A stretch of 55,907 nucleotides of DNA, counting the filler, from Catajapyx aquilonaris (lineage: Eukaryota): the NCBI GenBank assembly GCA_000934665.2. It is 2 parts of 2 records of this genome, joined end to end, with 100 filler letters (N's around TTAATTAATTAA, not from the genome) between each part and the next. Parts side by side here need not be neighbours in the genome. Positions count along the whole stretch, not along the records: positions 1 to 27,916 come from KZ539260.1; 1 more part is not named here. One strand, given 5' to 3'. Shown here piece after piece: positions 12,901 through 25,300 of this stretch. The notes under the pieces are model-generated. The model worked only from the letters and a program-made list of their open reading frames with translations. It did no database searches and was not told the DNA's origin. Position 1 is the first letter of the stretch. Each line of letters opens with the position of its first letter. The translations under genes and the position numbers were made by a program.

Positions 12901-15900
12901 AACTTGGTTAAGAATGCATTACAGTGACATGCAGTTACATGCAAAAATATCAAAGATTTACGTGCAATCATTTCTACACCAGAACGAAGACTTGAAATGC
13001 AGGATGATCAGAGACACAGTTTCATGTCCTTGGGATTTTTGTGGCAAAGTCAGAAATGTTTGAAAATTAATTATCCCATAAGGGAAAAAAATGCAATCTT
13101 CAGCATTCTAAACTCCATTTTATATCTATAAATCTGATCTAAATCTGATCATTCAGCGTTTCGGTTCTACAAATATTTTAGGTTTTACGCAAATAAAAAG
13201 GCTTCCGGGTAGCGTTTTGATTAACAGAATGTAAGCTATTGCGAAAAATTGTCATAATAATGTTTCCCAAATCACGAAGTTCATAAATACATAGGATGAT
13301 GAAGCTGGAAAAGTTAATTTCTAACTTTCATTCAATTCCACAACTGTGACAGTCATTTGTCATGTATGACATGCAAGTTTAATCCGTAGCATTTAAAATT
13401 CTCACTGATTTAAATATATTATGCACTACAGCAAAAATGACATTTCACACCAAGTCTCAAGTAAAATTTTAATGATTTTAACGAAATCATGTGTAACTGT
13501 CATTCAAACTATAATGTAATTAAAAAGATTATCTGCAATATTACTCTGTGACCTGGATCAAGCGAAATATTAGAGTTTTTAATACGAGCAACTATAGAAA
13601 ACTATTTCATGTAACGGATATTGCAAGCTTTTGCAATATAGATTATTGAAATTATGATATTTATTCTTCGCTCTCTCTTATTCTCAACTAAAGTTTCATC
13701 CAGAACATTCAAAATCAGGTCAGTGTCGCAGCCTTTTCCATCCGTATTTCAGGGAAGATTTCTTACTTATCAGATAACTCTATTAGGTTACTCGCGCTCC
13801 TGTGACCTATAGCTTTTCTTTTATAGTGTATATCACTTATCCACATCACCAGCAGTAAATTATAGTACACGTACCAGAATAACTGGTTCATGACTCTGAC
13901 AATATAATCCTCCCCCAGCTCTTCTTACGCTTTATTACATATTATAATACTGTTAGCAGCAAATTGCTTCAATCCCACACAAAGCATTGCTACTTGAAGT
14001 ACTCTTTGAAGTCAAGGTACGCTATCGCACACACGTTATTTTGTAAAGCAGCAAACATAAGCCCCAATCTCTGTAGTGCTCCAGCCAGCACACGTCCTGT
14101 CAATTCCCGCCACGTGTGCTGTGGTAATTACAACTACCGGCCTTGTTTGTCGCCTGGCCATTGCATTAGACAGCTATAATGACAAAACTTCTCGCTCCCC
14201 GAAACTGCCGGCCATGCACTGCCCACCGGCTACGTCAAAAAACAACCCGGAAAGTTGTCCAAATCTAGTACTCACAAAGGACGAGAAAAATCCAGAGTAA
14301 TGCGCAAGAAGACAGAAGTTTTTCCATCTCTTCCCAGAGTCGGTTCCTGTTTCCTCCGGAATGGGAAAGTAACCAAAAAGAAAACCAAAAAACGCACGAA
14401 AAGAAAGACCTCCGAAAGTTGCGACTACGAATCAGTCACAAGCACGCAAGTCCGCAGCTGCTGCCCCACAAGACATAATATTTCCTCTTCTTCTCCCTCA
14501 ACCAAACTCCCTTCTCCGGACTATTCCCCATCCCCCATGGCCCGGTGAGGAAGAAGCCAACGGGGGCCAACCAACCTTCCTCGACTACGCTCCGACCACT
14601 ACCACTTTCTTGTTTTGCCTCGTGTTATCCCCCCTCGAGGGCGCCCCGTCGACGCATGCGTCGCATTCGACTGTCTCCCCTACATAAACAGTTGGGGGGN
14701 AACTGACTTTTCCTCCCTACCCTACCTCCCCACTTTTTGTTTGAAAACCTAGGGGTCAGTCCTTCCCACGCCTTTACGTGTCCTAATGCAAAATTACAGG
14801 GGTGTGGTTTTGTGCGCATCCGGTGACAACGACGTTGTTGTTGTACTAGTTTTTGGCCCCCGGTGTCGATCTGTGTAAGTGGGGGGAGATCGTCGCTCAT
14901 GGGGGAGGCCTTGTCATTTGCTGCCCCCCCCCTCTCCCCCTTGCCCTCCCCTCTAATGACGCTTGTTTAGTGCCTTCGTCCACTAGGTCGTTTGTGGGAG
15001 TCGGTCAGTCGTGTCCCTACAACTATATAGCTGGCCGACCGGGGCTCGACCGGTTGGAATGTGAGCTGTTGTCGTTAGTCAGCACGCCTTTAGCGACTAT
15101 GTTCAACAATATTGTTATTAGGAGAGCGGGGTGTATTGTTTCGAGGGGTATGTGGCCCCCCGATTTATTGAACCTCTAAGTTTTCGGGTAGGCCAATTTG
15201 GTGTGGATTAATTTAAAATAATAAAGGGTTGATATTTGGCTGCAGGGGATAAATATTATTTGCTGCCTGAGTAGTTGATTACCTTGATTAACTGATTAAC
15301 TGAGTTATCAGTTAACTGCATACCGGTATAACATAATGACGTGGGGGTTTGCCTTTTTTTTTTTACAAGTTAGGCATTCGGCCATGAATGGATGCTCATG
15401 GATGTCTGCTTGTTATTATAATTTGTTGGCAAAATATGGACAGCGAATTGGAATTGAAGTTCACACACCTTTGTTTTCATATAACGTTTCTCTCCGACAA
15501 AACAACATGGATTGGATTGTCATTTAATGTAGTGCATGGTATTTTTTTGATCCTGCAATGTTTACTCATAACTTGAAACAGTTGTTCCATATAATTATGT
15601 TTCGACAGCTCGAGTGTGGAACATTGTTGTCTGTTTCATTCAATTACATTTCCGCAATTACTGCCCCACGTACCCCTTGGTTTGCAGTTTCCAGGCTCTA
15701 CATCTCGCATCTCCATCATATGCGCAACACCCATACAACGGGAAACTTCGTATAATATTCAACATCAATCTTGCTTATCCCTACTCGAGGTCTTTAATGA
15801 CATACCATATTGACAGTAAAGATTGATCTCTCTTTAATGTTATGCAATGGGGACATTTTATAAAACGCAGGCCTACAGTGAAAAAAACCGTTGGATTTGT

Positions 15901-18517
15901 ATCAAAATTCATTATGGAAGAGGATGATCTCTACCATTTTTTTTAAACTTGCGAGTTCTATATTCATGTCACGTACAGTATGGTGTGTAATATGAGCACT
16001 AGAAATATAACTGTTATTTTGCTTACATTGACTAGTTACTAGTCTTATATCATTTACAATGTGCAGTTGGATGTGGTAGTCTGCATGCGAAGATATGAAA
16101 TACAAGAACAAGACAAGTAAAAGTAATCCTCATCTACCTGTGCCAGGATTCAAGTGTGGGCGTCAGACCACAGCAGGTTACATGTCTTCTAGGTGTCCTT
16201 GCCGAGCGATGTTTGTCAGATCCACCTGCTCCCTTCAGGTTTCCGGCAGCCTACCATACACTGCAGGTTTGAGTCAAGCTTATCCAATAACAAGTCATGA
16301 CCTCAGCAGTCTTCACATTTGCCCTAAGAGACAACAAAATCATTTGAAGTGTTGTAGCAAACTAACATCTCCTGCCAAGACAGCAAAATTTTGTGGACTT
16401 TTTTCTACAAAAAAAATACTTTGTGACAATGTACAGCATTATTCCATGTCGGTTGCCAAAGAGGCACACATGTAGGCTACACCTCGTTATGATTCATGAT
16501 GGTATTACCACATTCCAAATGTAAGTACTGTTTGGCCATTATTTATAGAATTTTACCCTAATATCAAATCACCCTCGTAATACGTAATAAAAACTTTTAG
16601 CTACCATGGACACAAATAACATGTCGATAAAAGCATTTTTCGAAATGTAGTGCCATATTTTGTAAGCCAATATCGAGCGCTCTCGCCACGAAACCTACGT
16701 ATTCTTTCGTCTCTTGGTCACTCCCTATAGGTTCTATCCTGCCAAATATTTTTTGGAGATCGTTACGAACCAATAAAGGTCGCTCGGTCGCAAGGTCCAG
16801 ACCACGGTCTGGATGCTCAAAGATGCAACACTTGAAATGTCTTGAGTAATGCCATATAAGAACTGCAACGTGCAGTCAGGCATTGTTGTGGGTCCTTCTT
16901 CAACGCTGCAAGAGCACCGTCCAAACATGGTAAGCCCTAATCCAGACGTATAGTCCTGCACTATAGTTTCACCTCTTCAGCCGGAGAATTTTTAGCAGAT
17001 GAGTTGCCACTCAAGTTTTCAAACACGTATTTTCATTCCACTTTTCGAACAAATATCCGTGCGCCTGTTCGTGCACGAATTTTCGTACAAGTTTTTGTGC
17101 ACGTAGTGTCGTTCACGATTTCGTTCGCGTATTTTCGTACAAGCGATGAGGTATTTTGGTGCAAGGGTTGGCGTATTTTCATACTGGTTCTCNCCCCCCA
17201 TTTTACGTGCCATAAGCTGCCTCGTGTAAACTTGCCTGTATAGGCTTGTAAAATCCTGTTCCGCAGTTCGAAGAATGCTTCGATTGCCGTGAAGTTGTGT
17301 ACAGTAGTAGCTTAAATCCTGTGCCATCGTGAGGCTATGTTGTTGTTTTTTTGGAAGAAATTAAGTAAATATTTTTAATGGCCAAACGGTGCTTATTGTG
17401 GAATGCGGTATTCGTCACAAGCCTACAACTGCACGTTATGGATCATATTCAGAAATATGTCACTATTGCCATGATAAAGGCTGAATAAGCTATACTCAGA
17501 CTGGAGCCGGATGGAGGGAATAGTGTCGGTTGAAGGCCTTATTCAGAAACATGTTCGAAGTTACATCCCGTTATCCCAGACACAACGCGACGTGGCAACA
17601 CCTCAAATGTCGGTATGAATATTCAAACGCGTCATTAAAAGTTCGGGGTTAGGTCTGAAAGGCACTAAAATAGAGACAATGACAAATAATTAAAGCCTCT
17701 AGAATAGTTTTGTGATAAAAATATACGGTGTGGGTTTCAAGTATTGTCGACAACGATTGGCTACACAGAAACTGTTGGGCATAGTTATAATGATGTCACG
17801 ATTTATTCTGTCCTATTCCACTCTATATACTACCCCTTCCCTGACCTAAAGTTTCTTATCCCATGTTATACCCGGTTTTTTTGTCACAAGTTCTGCAGCA
17901 TTGATTCTGTTGACCTATACCGCATACTTAAAGTGACATAATAATTGGTCCCTAAACCATGCGGGCATTAGTCATAACAAACCTTCTCATAAACCCTCTC
18001 AGGTTAAAAAGGGAGTGTGGCTTTTTGGGTATAATTTTGACAGGGAAAACATCATATAAATTTACAACGGATTTTTGAACACAATAATAAATCTGACAAG
18101 ACAGAACACAATAATATTTATTATACGAGTATTTCAGGAAGAGGATCGCGAGGAAGCACTTCTCTTGAAAAGCATGGGGTCACCTGCAATATCATGCTAA
18201 TGTCCAACAATACAGGCTCATGGTGTGTGACACTTGGAAAATTCAGGGTTATGTTGCCAACAGTAACACTTGGGGTCGAAATTCCAGTTAATTGATGACA
18301 TAATGGCAATCTAATTCTGTGCAAATAAAAAGTGTGTTTGGCTTAAAATATTTCTCAGGAGATGTGTAAGTGTAGAGCAGTGTAAAAAAACAGTGTATGT
18401 CTGGGATCACTGTACTGTACACATGCAAACATTTAAAAACAGTAGCATTACATAATGAGCACGTCATAATGAAAAGACCCTCAATCCAATTTTGTTTGAT
18501 ATTGATAGGCTAATTAT

Positions 18518-18629
18518 GGGTAGAATTTTCGTTGTACTACTAGTTATTACTGCTAACTAAGCAGTACCACTGCTCTACACTGGTACTGCTAAGTTAGAAG
18601 TAACTAGTAGTACGACGAAAATTCCACCC
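18518..18629. mobile_element. Small palindromic MITE, copy 1
   Basis: About 50-bp arms GGGTAGAATTTTCGT... / ...ACGAAAATTCCACCC, flanked by TAT on both sides. Second copy at 33681. Confidence 0.78.
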
Positions 18630-19149
18630 TATAGTGTTTGGCAATATTCTGCTCTTTAAGGGGCAGAAGTTATTAAAGTGATTATATCCTAATTCTATTT
18701 GTATCTCAGCGAAACCTCCACTTCAAGGAAGGGACTTAATTCACAAAAGAGCTCCGATCAGGCGACTCATATACGTTTATCACTTTCACAATGTGCTGGA
18801 CAAACACCAGGTGACTCGATCTGGTCTGAGGTTATGAAGGATATTGAGTGTAAAATCGAGTATTAATTTCTTCCATCCCGCATACTTGTAAAATAAAATG
18901 CATTTGTTTGTTTCTCTTGTCAAGTTCAGGAACCTGGACTTGGGCCCTTTTTCATTCTCACTGACTAAAATCAACTGCCATATTCCCCCCCCCCCCCCNN
19001 NNNNNNNCCCCCCCCCCCAAATATGCATTTTTTAAAAACGCGTCACTTTTTACGTATATTTTGTGCATGCCTACCTCACATGCATTAATATTTACCTGCG
19101 TCTGTGCTACATTTTCATCCTGCGAAATTTAGTGCGCTACCATGGGAGG

Positions 19150-19900
19150 CGAGGGCGATTATAAAGCCCCCATTTTTTACTGGTTGTCATAACCACATGC
19201 TCATGAAATACGCATAGTGTCCGAGGGCAGTCAAACACCATTTTTACGTAGTCACATAGCCTGTGTACACATATTTTAGTCCCACCTGTGAACAAGCTTT
19301 TCCATACCTTTTCTCCACAGTAATCCGGGTCTTGATGGTGTCTTCGGCATGCCATTGCATCCTTCAATAATTTGCAATATTTTGCCACCAAAGAGCGTCT
19401 TCAGGACGTGGAATACATGGTAATCGGAGGGCTCTAGAGCAGGAACCCTCTAGCGTGGGTGATATAAAAAAAACCCTACTGTGTCGTGCAAGAGGATTAC
19501 ACGTGGCTGTGGGAGTAACACTGATGTCCTTCACCGGATAGCCTTCGATGAGTGTCGTATAGTATCGGAAATGCCATGTTGTTGATCTCATCGGGGTACC
19601 AAACTTAACAGAAATCGTGTGACAACTCTGACTTTCCCTGTGGACAATGAGCCGTTCACTAGACAGTACTAACAGTCGCAATTTTTTCATATCCACACAA
19701 TTGCCAACTGGATTTCATGCAGTGTGACCAACCTTGCTGATGGATATAAACTGACGCTGTAATCAGCACTATCATTGTGTATGTGTATTCATGCATGATG
19801 TGCATATGGGCGTGCACACACTGATGTACTTTGCACCAGTATATAGTATTGTTTACCACGTGGACAATACTTGCTGTCTTGTAAATAGTTCCCGGGCTCT
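19150..19900 (-). pseudogene. Highly degenerate mariner relic
   Basis: Frameshifted C-terminal mariner signature KGMEKLVHRWD / KICVHRLCDYVK near 19240-19320, with a mariner-like terminus CGAGGGCG at 19150. Second TIR not found. Confidence 0.55.
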
Positions 19901-21087
19901 GCACATCTTATTCAGCCCCTTCCACCTGTTACAGTCATTGTTGGCGAGCCAACTACTTTCTCAGATACGACAATGACGGATTAAAATAATAATGTAAGCG
20001 CAAACCTTATTAAACCTCAACATAAATATTCTTAAAAATCAACTTGTCCGTTCCGAAAGACAATACTGCATACGGATGTATTTACGCCTTGCTCTGTAGT
20101 CCTACAAATTCCACATATTTTTTTCGGGGAGTCTGAAATTATTGTCTCGCGAGCTGCTATACGTATCGCGGGAGACTATGAATTTCTCACCAAAGGGTTT
20201 TTGCTCGGTGGCCACAGGGAATATACGATTAGATGTTGTGGCATCGACAATGCGGTATCGCTTGCGGTGTCGGCTGTTACGTCACCACAATGAACTTGCC
20301 GTATAAATGTGTTTTGATTATACGAAATAATGGCTTGTTCCGTGGCGGAAAGTCTGCTTTGACTTTGGGTGTGAGTATAGTTATTCCGTTCTTTAGCCAA
20401 CAAAGGGTAGGATACTGAAAATAGCTCTTTGATGGGATGGTTATGCAGGGTGGTGCATTGCCCAGATTCACAGTTCAAGAGGGGGGTAGGGGAAGGAGTA
20501 ATGAATGGCTTACATCGGAAACCACTTTAAAGAGAAGAAATTAGTAGGAATCAATAATAGTCACGGTCAGGATTGTTGTTTCTCTTTAAACTGGTTGCTG
20601 GAGTGAACAATCCGTAGCATCTTTGCCTGGCCTCCTCTTGTGAACAGTGAACTTAGGTAGTAGCCTATTCCGCTTTGTACATTTTTGCATTTTTGAGAGG
20701 TTGAACTCTCAGACTTGTCTTTGTAGTTGTGATCTTGTTTAATTTCAGTCATTTCTATCATCTCACTAATTACGTATTTTTCTTGGTAATCCAGTGTTTC
20801 TAACTAATAAAGTGCTACATACTGGATGTTTCATAATCATTCTAACAAACTTCTGAGATGAACTCCTGGCCACTTATTTACTATAGAGGATCACTCTATG
20901 TCGAGGTGTCAAGCGGTCTCCTCAGCCTTGATAGTAAAGAGAAAATTAGCATAAATCAGAGAGCGAAACACGCATTTCCTTTGTTCATATACCGTACATA
21001 TTTCCAGTGCAGCCTATGAGACTGCCATAACCTCGGCCATGGCCTGCTACACTGAATGAGATCACAATACACAGTAAGGTAAGTGTA

Positions 21088-21302
21088 CAGTCGGCTAAAG
21101 GAGTATATGTTACCAGACCCCTAACCTAGAAATTAGCCTCCAACAGAGGTGCTGCCTAGGGGAGTGAGATTTATTGTATCAGGGGGAAGAACAGAGGTGC
21201 TGCTTCCCCCTGATACAATAAATCTCACTCCCCTAGGCAGCACCTCTGTTGGAGGCTAATTTCTAGGTTAGGGGTCTGGTAACATACTCCTTTAACCGAC
21301 TG
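21088..21302. mobile_element. Foldback MITE (Tc1/mariner-type, TA-flanked)
   Basis: About 100-bp arms (one substitution, one 2-nt indel), 13-nt loop, CAGT...ACTG termini, TA on both sides. Confidence 0.8.
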
Positions 21303-21306
21303 TATA

Positions 21307-21368
21307 CCTGTATTCTACACTGTCCATGTATTCGCCAACCGAGACTGGAAAGCTTTTTTTTAAATAAA

Positions 21369-21413
<45 letters not shown>

Positions 21414-21556
21414 GGGAGCGCGGCAATCTGGCAAGAAAGTGCAACATCTGGCAACATTTCCCATCCCTTTGGGGCCTGATTGCCGCGCTCCCTTGTTTTT
21501 TTAAAAAAAGCTTCCCAGTCTCGGTTGGCGAATACATGGACAGTGTAGAATACTGG
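21307..21556. mobile_element. Foldback MITE (TA-flanked) with (CAA)14 in its left arm
   Basis: Arms 21307-21428 / 21478-21556 are near-perfect apart from the CAA tract at 21372-21413. TA on both sides. Confidence 0.78.
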
Positions 21557-21704
21557 TACACTTACCTTAGACTACTACTGTATAATTATATTGTGATCTC
21601 ATTTAGTGTAGCAGGCCATGGTCGAGGTGATGGCAGTCTCGTAGGTTTATTATTGTTGTAGTTTTCATCATCATCAATCCCTTGATCAATCCTAATCCTA
21701 CATT

Positions 21705-22037
21705 TTTTTTACCCCGTGATGTCCCTTACGGGAGCTATAGGGGGTGGCATACCACCATCAGCTTTCTATATATTTTTCTACTTCATACTCCGGTGCAAGG
21801 AAACAGGGACAATGGGAAAGGATAGGGGTTTTTGTGGAGGGAACATGGTGCAAGGTGCAATGTCGTAGCTACGGGTCATGTGCTGTTCCCCAGGAGGTCA
21901 GGTTGCCAGACACCTCCTTGGTGCAGGTCAGAGACCCTCCTGACGCAGGTGAAAGGAAAGTTCCCCAGGCGGGGATCGAACCTGGGGCCTTTCACTCAGC
22001 AAGCCGAGACGTTACCATCTCGGCCACCACACCTCCC
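21705..22037 (-). mobile_element. Full-length tRNA-derived SINE
   Basis: A box TGGCCGAGATGG, B box GGTTCGATCCC, poly(A) tail, and 14-bp TSD CCTAATCCTACATT (21691-21704, 22038-22051). Confidence 0.9.
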
Positions 22038-22105
22038 CCTAATCCTACATTAGGGAAACGCGACGGCGCGGCGTACCCATGAAGTGGTCCTCTTACCACG
22101 TACAG

Positions 22106-22353
22106 CAGTGCTTCCCGTGCTTCCCAATTTCTTTTGTTGGCGACCCCAAAAAATCGTCTTGTAAAATTTGCGACCCCCTATAATTATGTGCACATTTCGA
22201 TCCGCCAACATGAAAAGGCAGGTAAGCAGTGAAATGACCTTACCTTATGGTCATGATTTTCAAGAAAGATAGCATCATTTTGTGAAAATAATTTGTTACC
22301 CTCCCTCGCGACCCCAAATATTATTTTCGCGACCCACAATTTGGGAAGCGCTG
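22106..22353. mobile_element. hAT-type MITE
   Basis: Perfect 8-bp TSD ACGTACAG (22098-22105, 22354-22361), TIR CAGTGCTTCCC / GGGAAGCGCTG, internal GCGACCC repeats. Confidence 0.9.
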
Positions 22354-25300
22354 ACGTACAGGAACCACTTGTCCCACCCTCTTCCCCTACTTTCTGATGG
22401 TGTTGCATACCTGTTCAGTATTACTACTGTAGTTTTTTCGGGAGCTCCTCTTCCTTATTCATTTCATACGTCGCTCAGCATCAACAAAAGAAATTACTCA
22501 TAAAAGAACAGCAAATTAGGTGCAACCTCCCTTCCCCATATATCCCTATGGCTACTATCCCTATATAGTCATGGCTTATAATAAATATGACTGACTAACT
22601 GAGAATGATGCAGTCAAATAGTGGAAGTTTCAGTGGCATATTTCGAACAGATTTTAGTTGCTAGTGCTTTCCAATCATCCTTCTGTACTCCTCCCTGTGT
22701 CAGACCTATAGTTCGCCGCATGTACAGTATACTGTAATAAAGTATTTAATTAGCATGTAGTGCTGCATAATGTGCACATGATGCAGGCTGAAAGTATGAC
22801 CCACTGACCATGTTCTATAGTTTGCACTGTACGCAACATGACCCACTAAATTAACTGGCTCTATATAAATGAAGACTTGAAATGCAGAACGATCAGAGCC
22901 ATATTGTCATGATTGCGAAGTATTGAAATTTGGATATTGCATAAACCATTATGGAGATCATACACTTTGGACGAGATGCCGTTGGGGGCAGAATGATATG
23001 ACACGTTTCCATCACCCTGCTATATGTTGCGTAGATAAGTACTGTAGCCTATTCGGTTGAGTAAGCTTGCTGATAGATATACCAGTATAGGCTACTTATT
23101 ACCGAAAAGGAATTGACGGAGTATTGAATTTTTACAAAGTAATCAAGGAATTCAGTGCTTTTGCTATTGGCTAACAAGATACCCGGCATCGAACACATAA
23201 ACTATACTGTATAGCCTTCCACCAAATCAGTGTAGACCTAGACTGGAAGATACTGCATACATGCAATGATAAGCATGCCTTTCACATTCACGATAGTAAT
23301 CGTATCATATTGAACCCCATCATGCCAACGCGAGCCAATACATCCCGGACACCTGGCATGGGAAATAGAGCGCTTCTATCCGTATTATGACACTATAGAG
23401 ATTTGCATTGGTCCATACACTACTTAGAGCTCACAGGTCGCCTATATACGAGTAGCAGCATGAAAAGTGAAGTAAGAAGTTCCCACCCGGAGCCTCCTTG
23501 ATGTGGCGGAATTTAATTTTCGCAGGATATCCTGCTCTTGCAAAGAAAAGAGGAAGTGGGTAAGCACCCGAGTGAACAAAATTATTTGCACATCTTTGGC
23601 CCGGAAGTGGAATTGGTGTTGCGGCAGCCCCTTGCCGACTTCAACCCTATACAGAAAGCGGCATGGAAAAAAGGAAGGGGTGAGTTAAACACTTCCTGAA
23701 TATTCCCCCCCCCCCCCNTGAGAAAAAAAACTCGATCACCTCATTTGGAACGAAATCGTCCCACTAACAAAGTGAACGAGCAAACAAAAAGGGGGCGCCC
23801 TCGACATGAGGTCCCACACCCTGCCGCGTCTCTTACATTTCAATCGGATTCACTTGGCCGCACCCGGCTTTATGCACCCCCTTCGAAACTTGAAGGGAAC
23901 AACCCAATGCAACTGTATATCTCCCAGAGAAACAAAGGGAGACCGGAGCCAATCAATGGAGGACAGATGGAGCCACATATGGCGCTTGCAAAATGGCCCC
24001 CTCACCTTAATAACCCCCTCTTCATTTAAATAACAAATGGAGTGGGTGAGGGACAGTTCCTGAGAGGAAAAGGCTGCAAAATTTCTTATCTGTGGAATCA
24101 AAGCAAAATCCCTTGGTGGAAGAAGCTTCAGAGTGGCAACATCCCCATGGTTACCAATGGAAACTGTGGGGGCCTAGGGGTTGGGGGAAACGGACACGTG
24201 GGGAGGCTAGTATTGGGGGAGGGTCTGTTGGGATTTCGTGATAACAAGCAGGGGAAACGGCAGACTGGACGAGTCCAGGACGTGATCGAAACCCTGGCTC
24301 CTAATGCGTATAACAAGTCTGATGTCACGAGAAAACGACGGTAGGGGGGAGAAGAAAAACTGAGAGAACGTATATGATTCTAAGGAGGAGAAGAAGAAAA
24401 AAAGTTTTTTCTTTCGTACTTTTAGCTGACACAATGAACGCCTTTCTGTTTCCACGTTCTTGGCAGAGTGGAACCTATAAATCTTGTTTTCGCAGTCGAA
24501 GGAAGTGTGTTCCGCAAACTTGTTTCACACATTGCAGCATTTGACACGAGACTGATGCATTACTGCTTTGAACGAAAACTGCGCGAAGTTCGGCCCATTC
24601 TTTACGTGTTATCCTGCCTGCCTCTTGCTCTTTTCTAGCTGGATGCCTGGATAGTCTATGGATCACTTGCTACGGCGTTTCTCTACCTGTGGTCTGGACG
24701 TTCAAAATCGTTCCAAGTTCTACTGGAGAAAAATAGGTGTACAAACCTGTTTTCTAGAGGGTCGTCACAGTGATTCTCGACTTTTTGACACGTACAGTAA
24801 GTCAATTGAACTACTTTTCACTTCACTTATCGCTCAAATTTTCAGACTACTTCTCAAGTCGTCCAGCATTATGGACTTTATGGACTACCTCCAGTGAAAA
24901 ATTGCATTTCATAAACGAGTATCCATTTTTGATGCAGATAAACACCTAAATCGCTCATTTCAACATTTTTTTTTTGCATTGAAGGATGCGGTGGTAGCGT
25001 GCAATCCCTGTTAATCCTGGTTATATCCGCGTAACGTGTCGGTATCCATTATGCATGAGATCAACACTAATCACATCTATATGGCAGCTCGACTGTACAC
25101 ACTGAAACGATATACAGTATTCGTGGCATTATAGGCCTAAATCGGCGCATCTCTTCATCAACATCCTTGTAAGACGCTATATTCTGTCTCGGTTTATTCC
25201 ATAAGTGCATCATACCGGCAGAGCTGTAATCGCATTAGGTGGGGTAAAATGTAGGCAACTAACTCCATCCCAGAAGTGGGTCTGGGATCAAATATCCTCT

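Larger units (their letters stand above)
21013..21645. repeat. Outer inverted repeat (57-bp arms 21013-21069 / 21589-21645, plus 11-bp inner arms) enclosing two foldback elements
   Basis: The arms differ at 4 of 57 positions. Inner arms TAAGGTAAGTG (21075-21085) and CACTTACCTTA (21559-21569) flank TA dinucleotides. Confidence 0.9.

Noticed and set aside
16953..16984. Hammerhead-like string on minus: TCCGG-CTGAAGA-GGT-GAAAC-TATA-GTG-CAGGA
   Set aside because: No room for stem II, the cleavage triplet would be GUG rather than NUH, stem I has a mismatch, and no Penelope ORF is evident.
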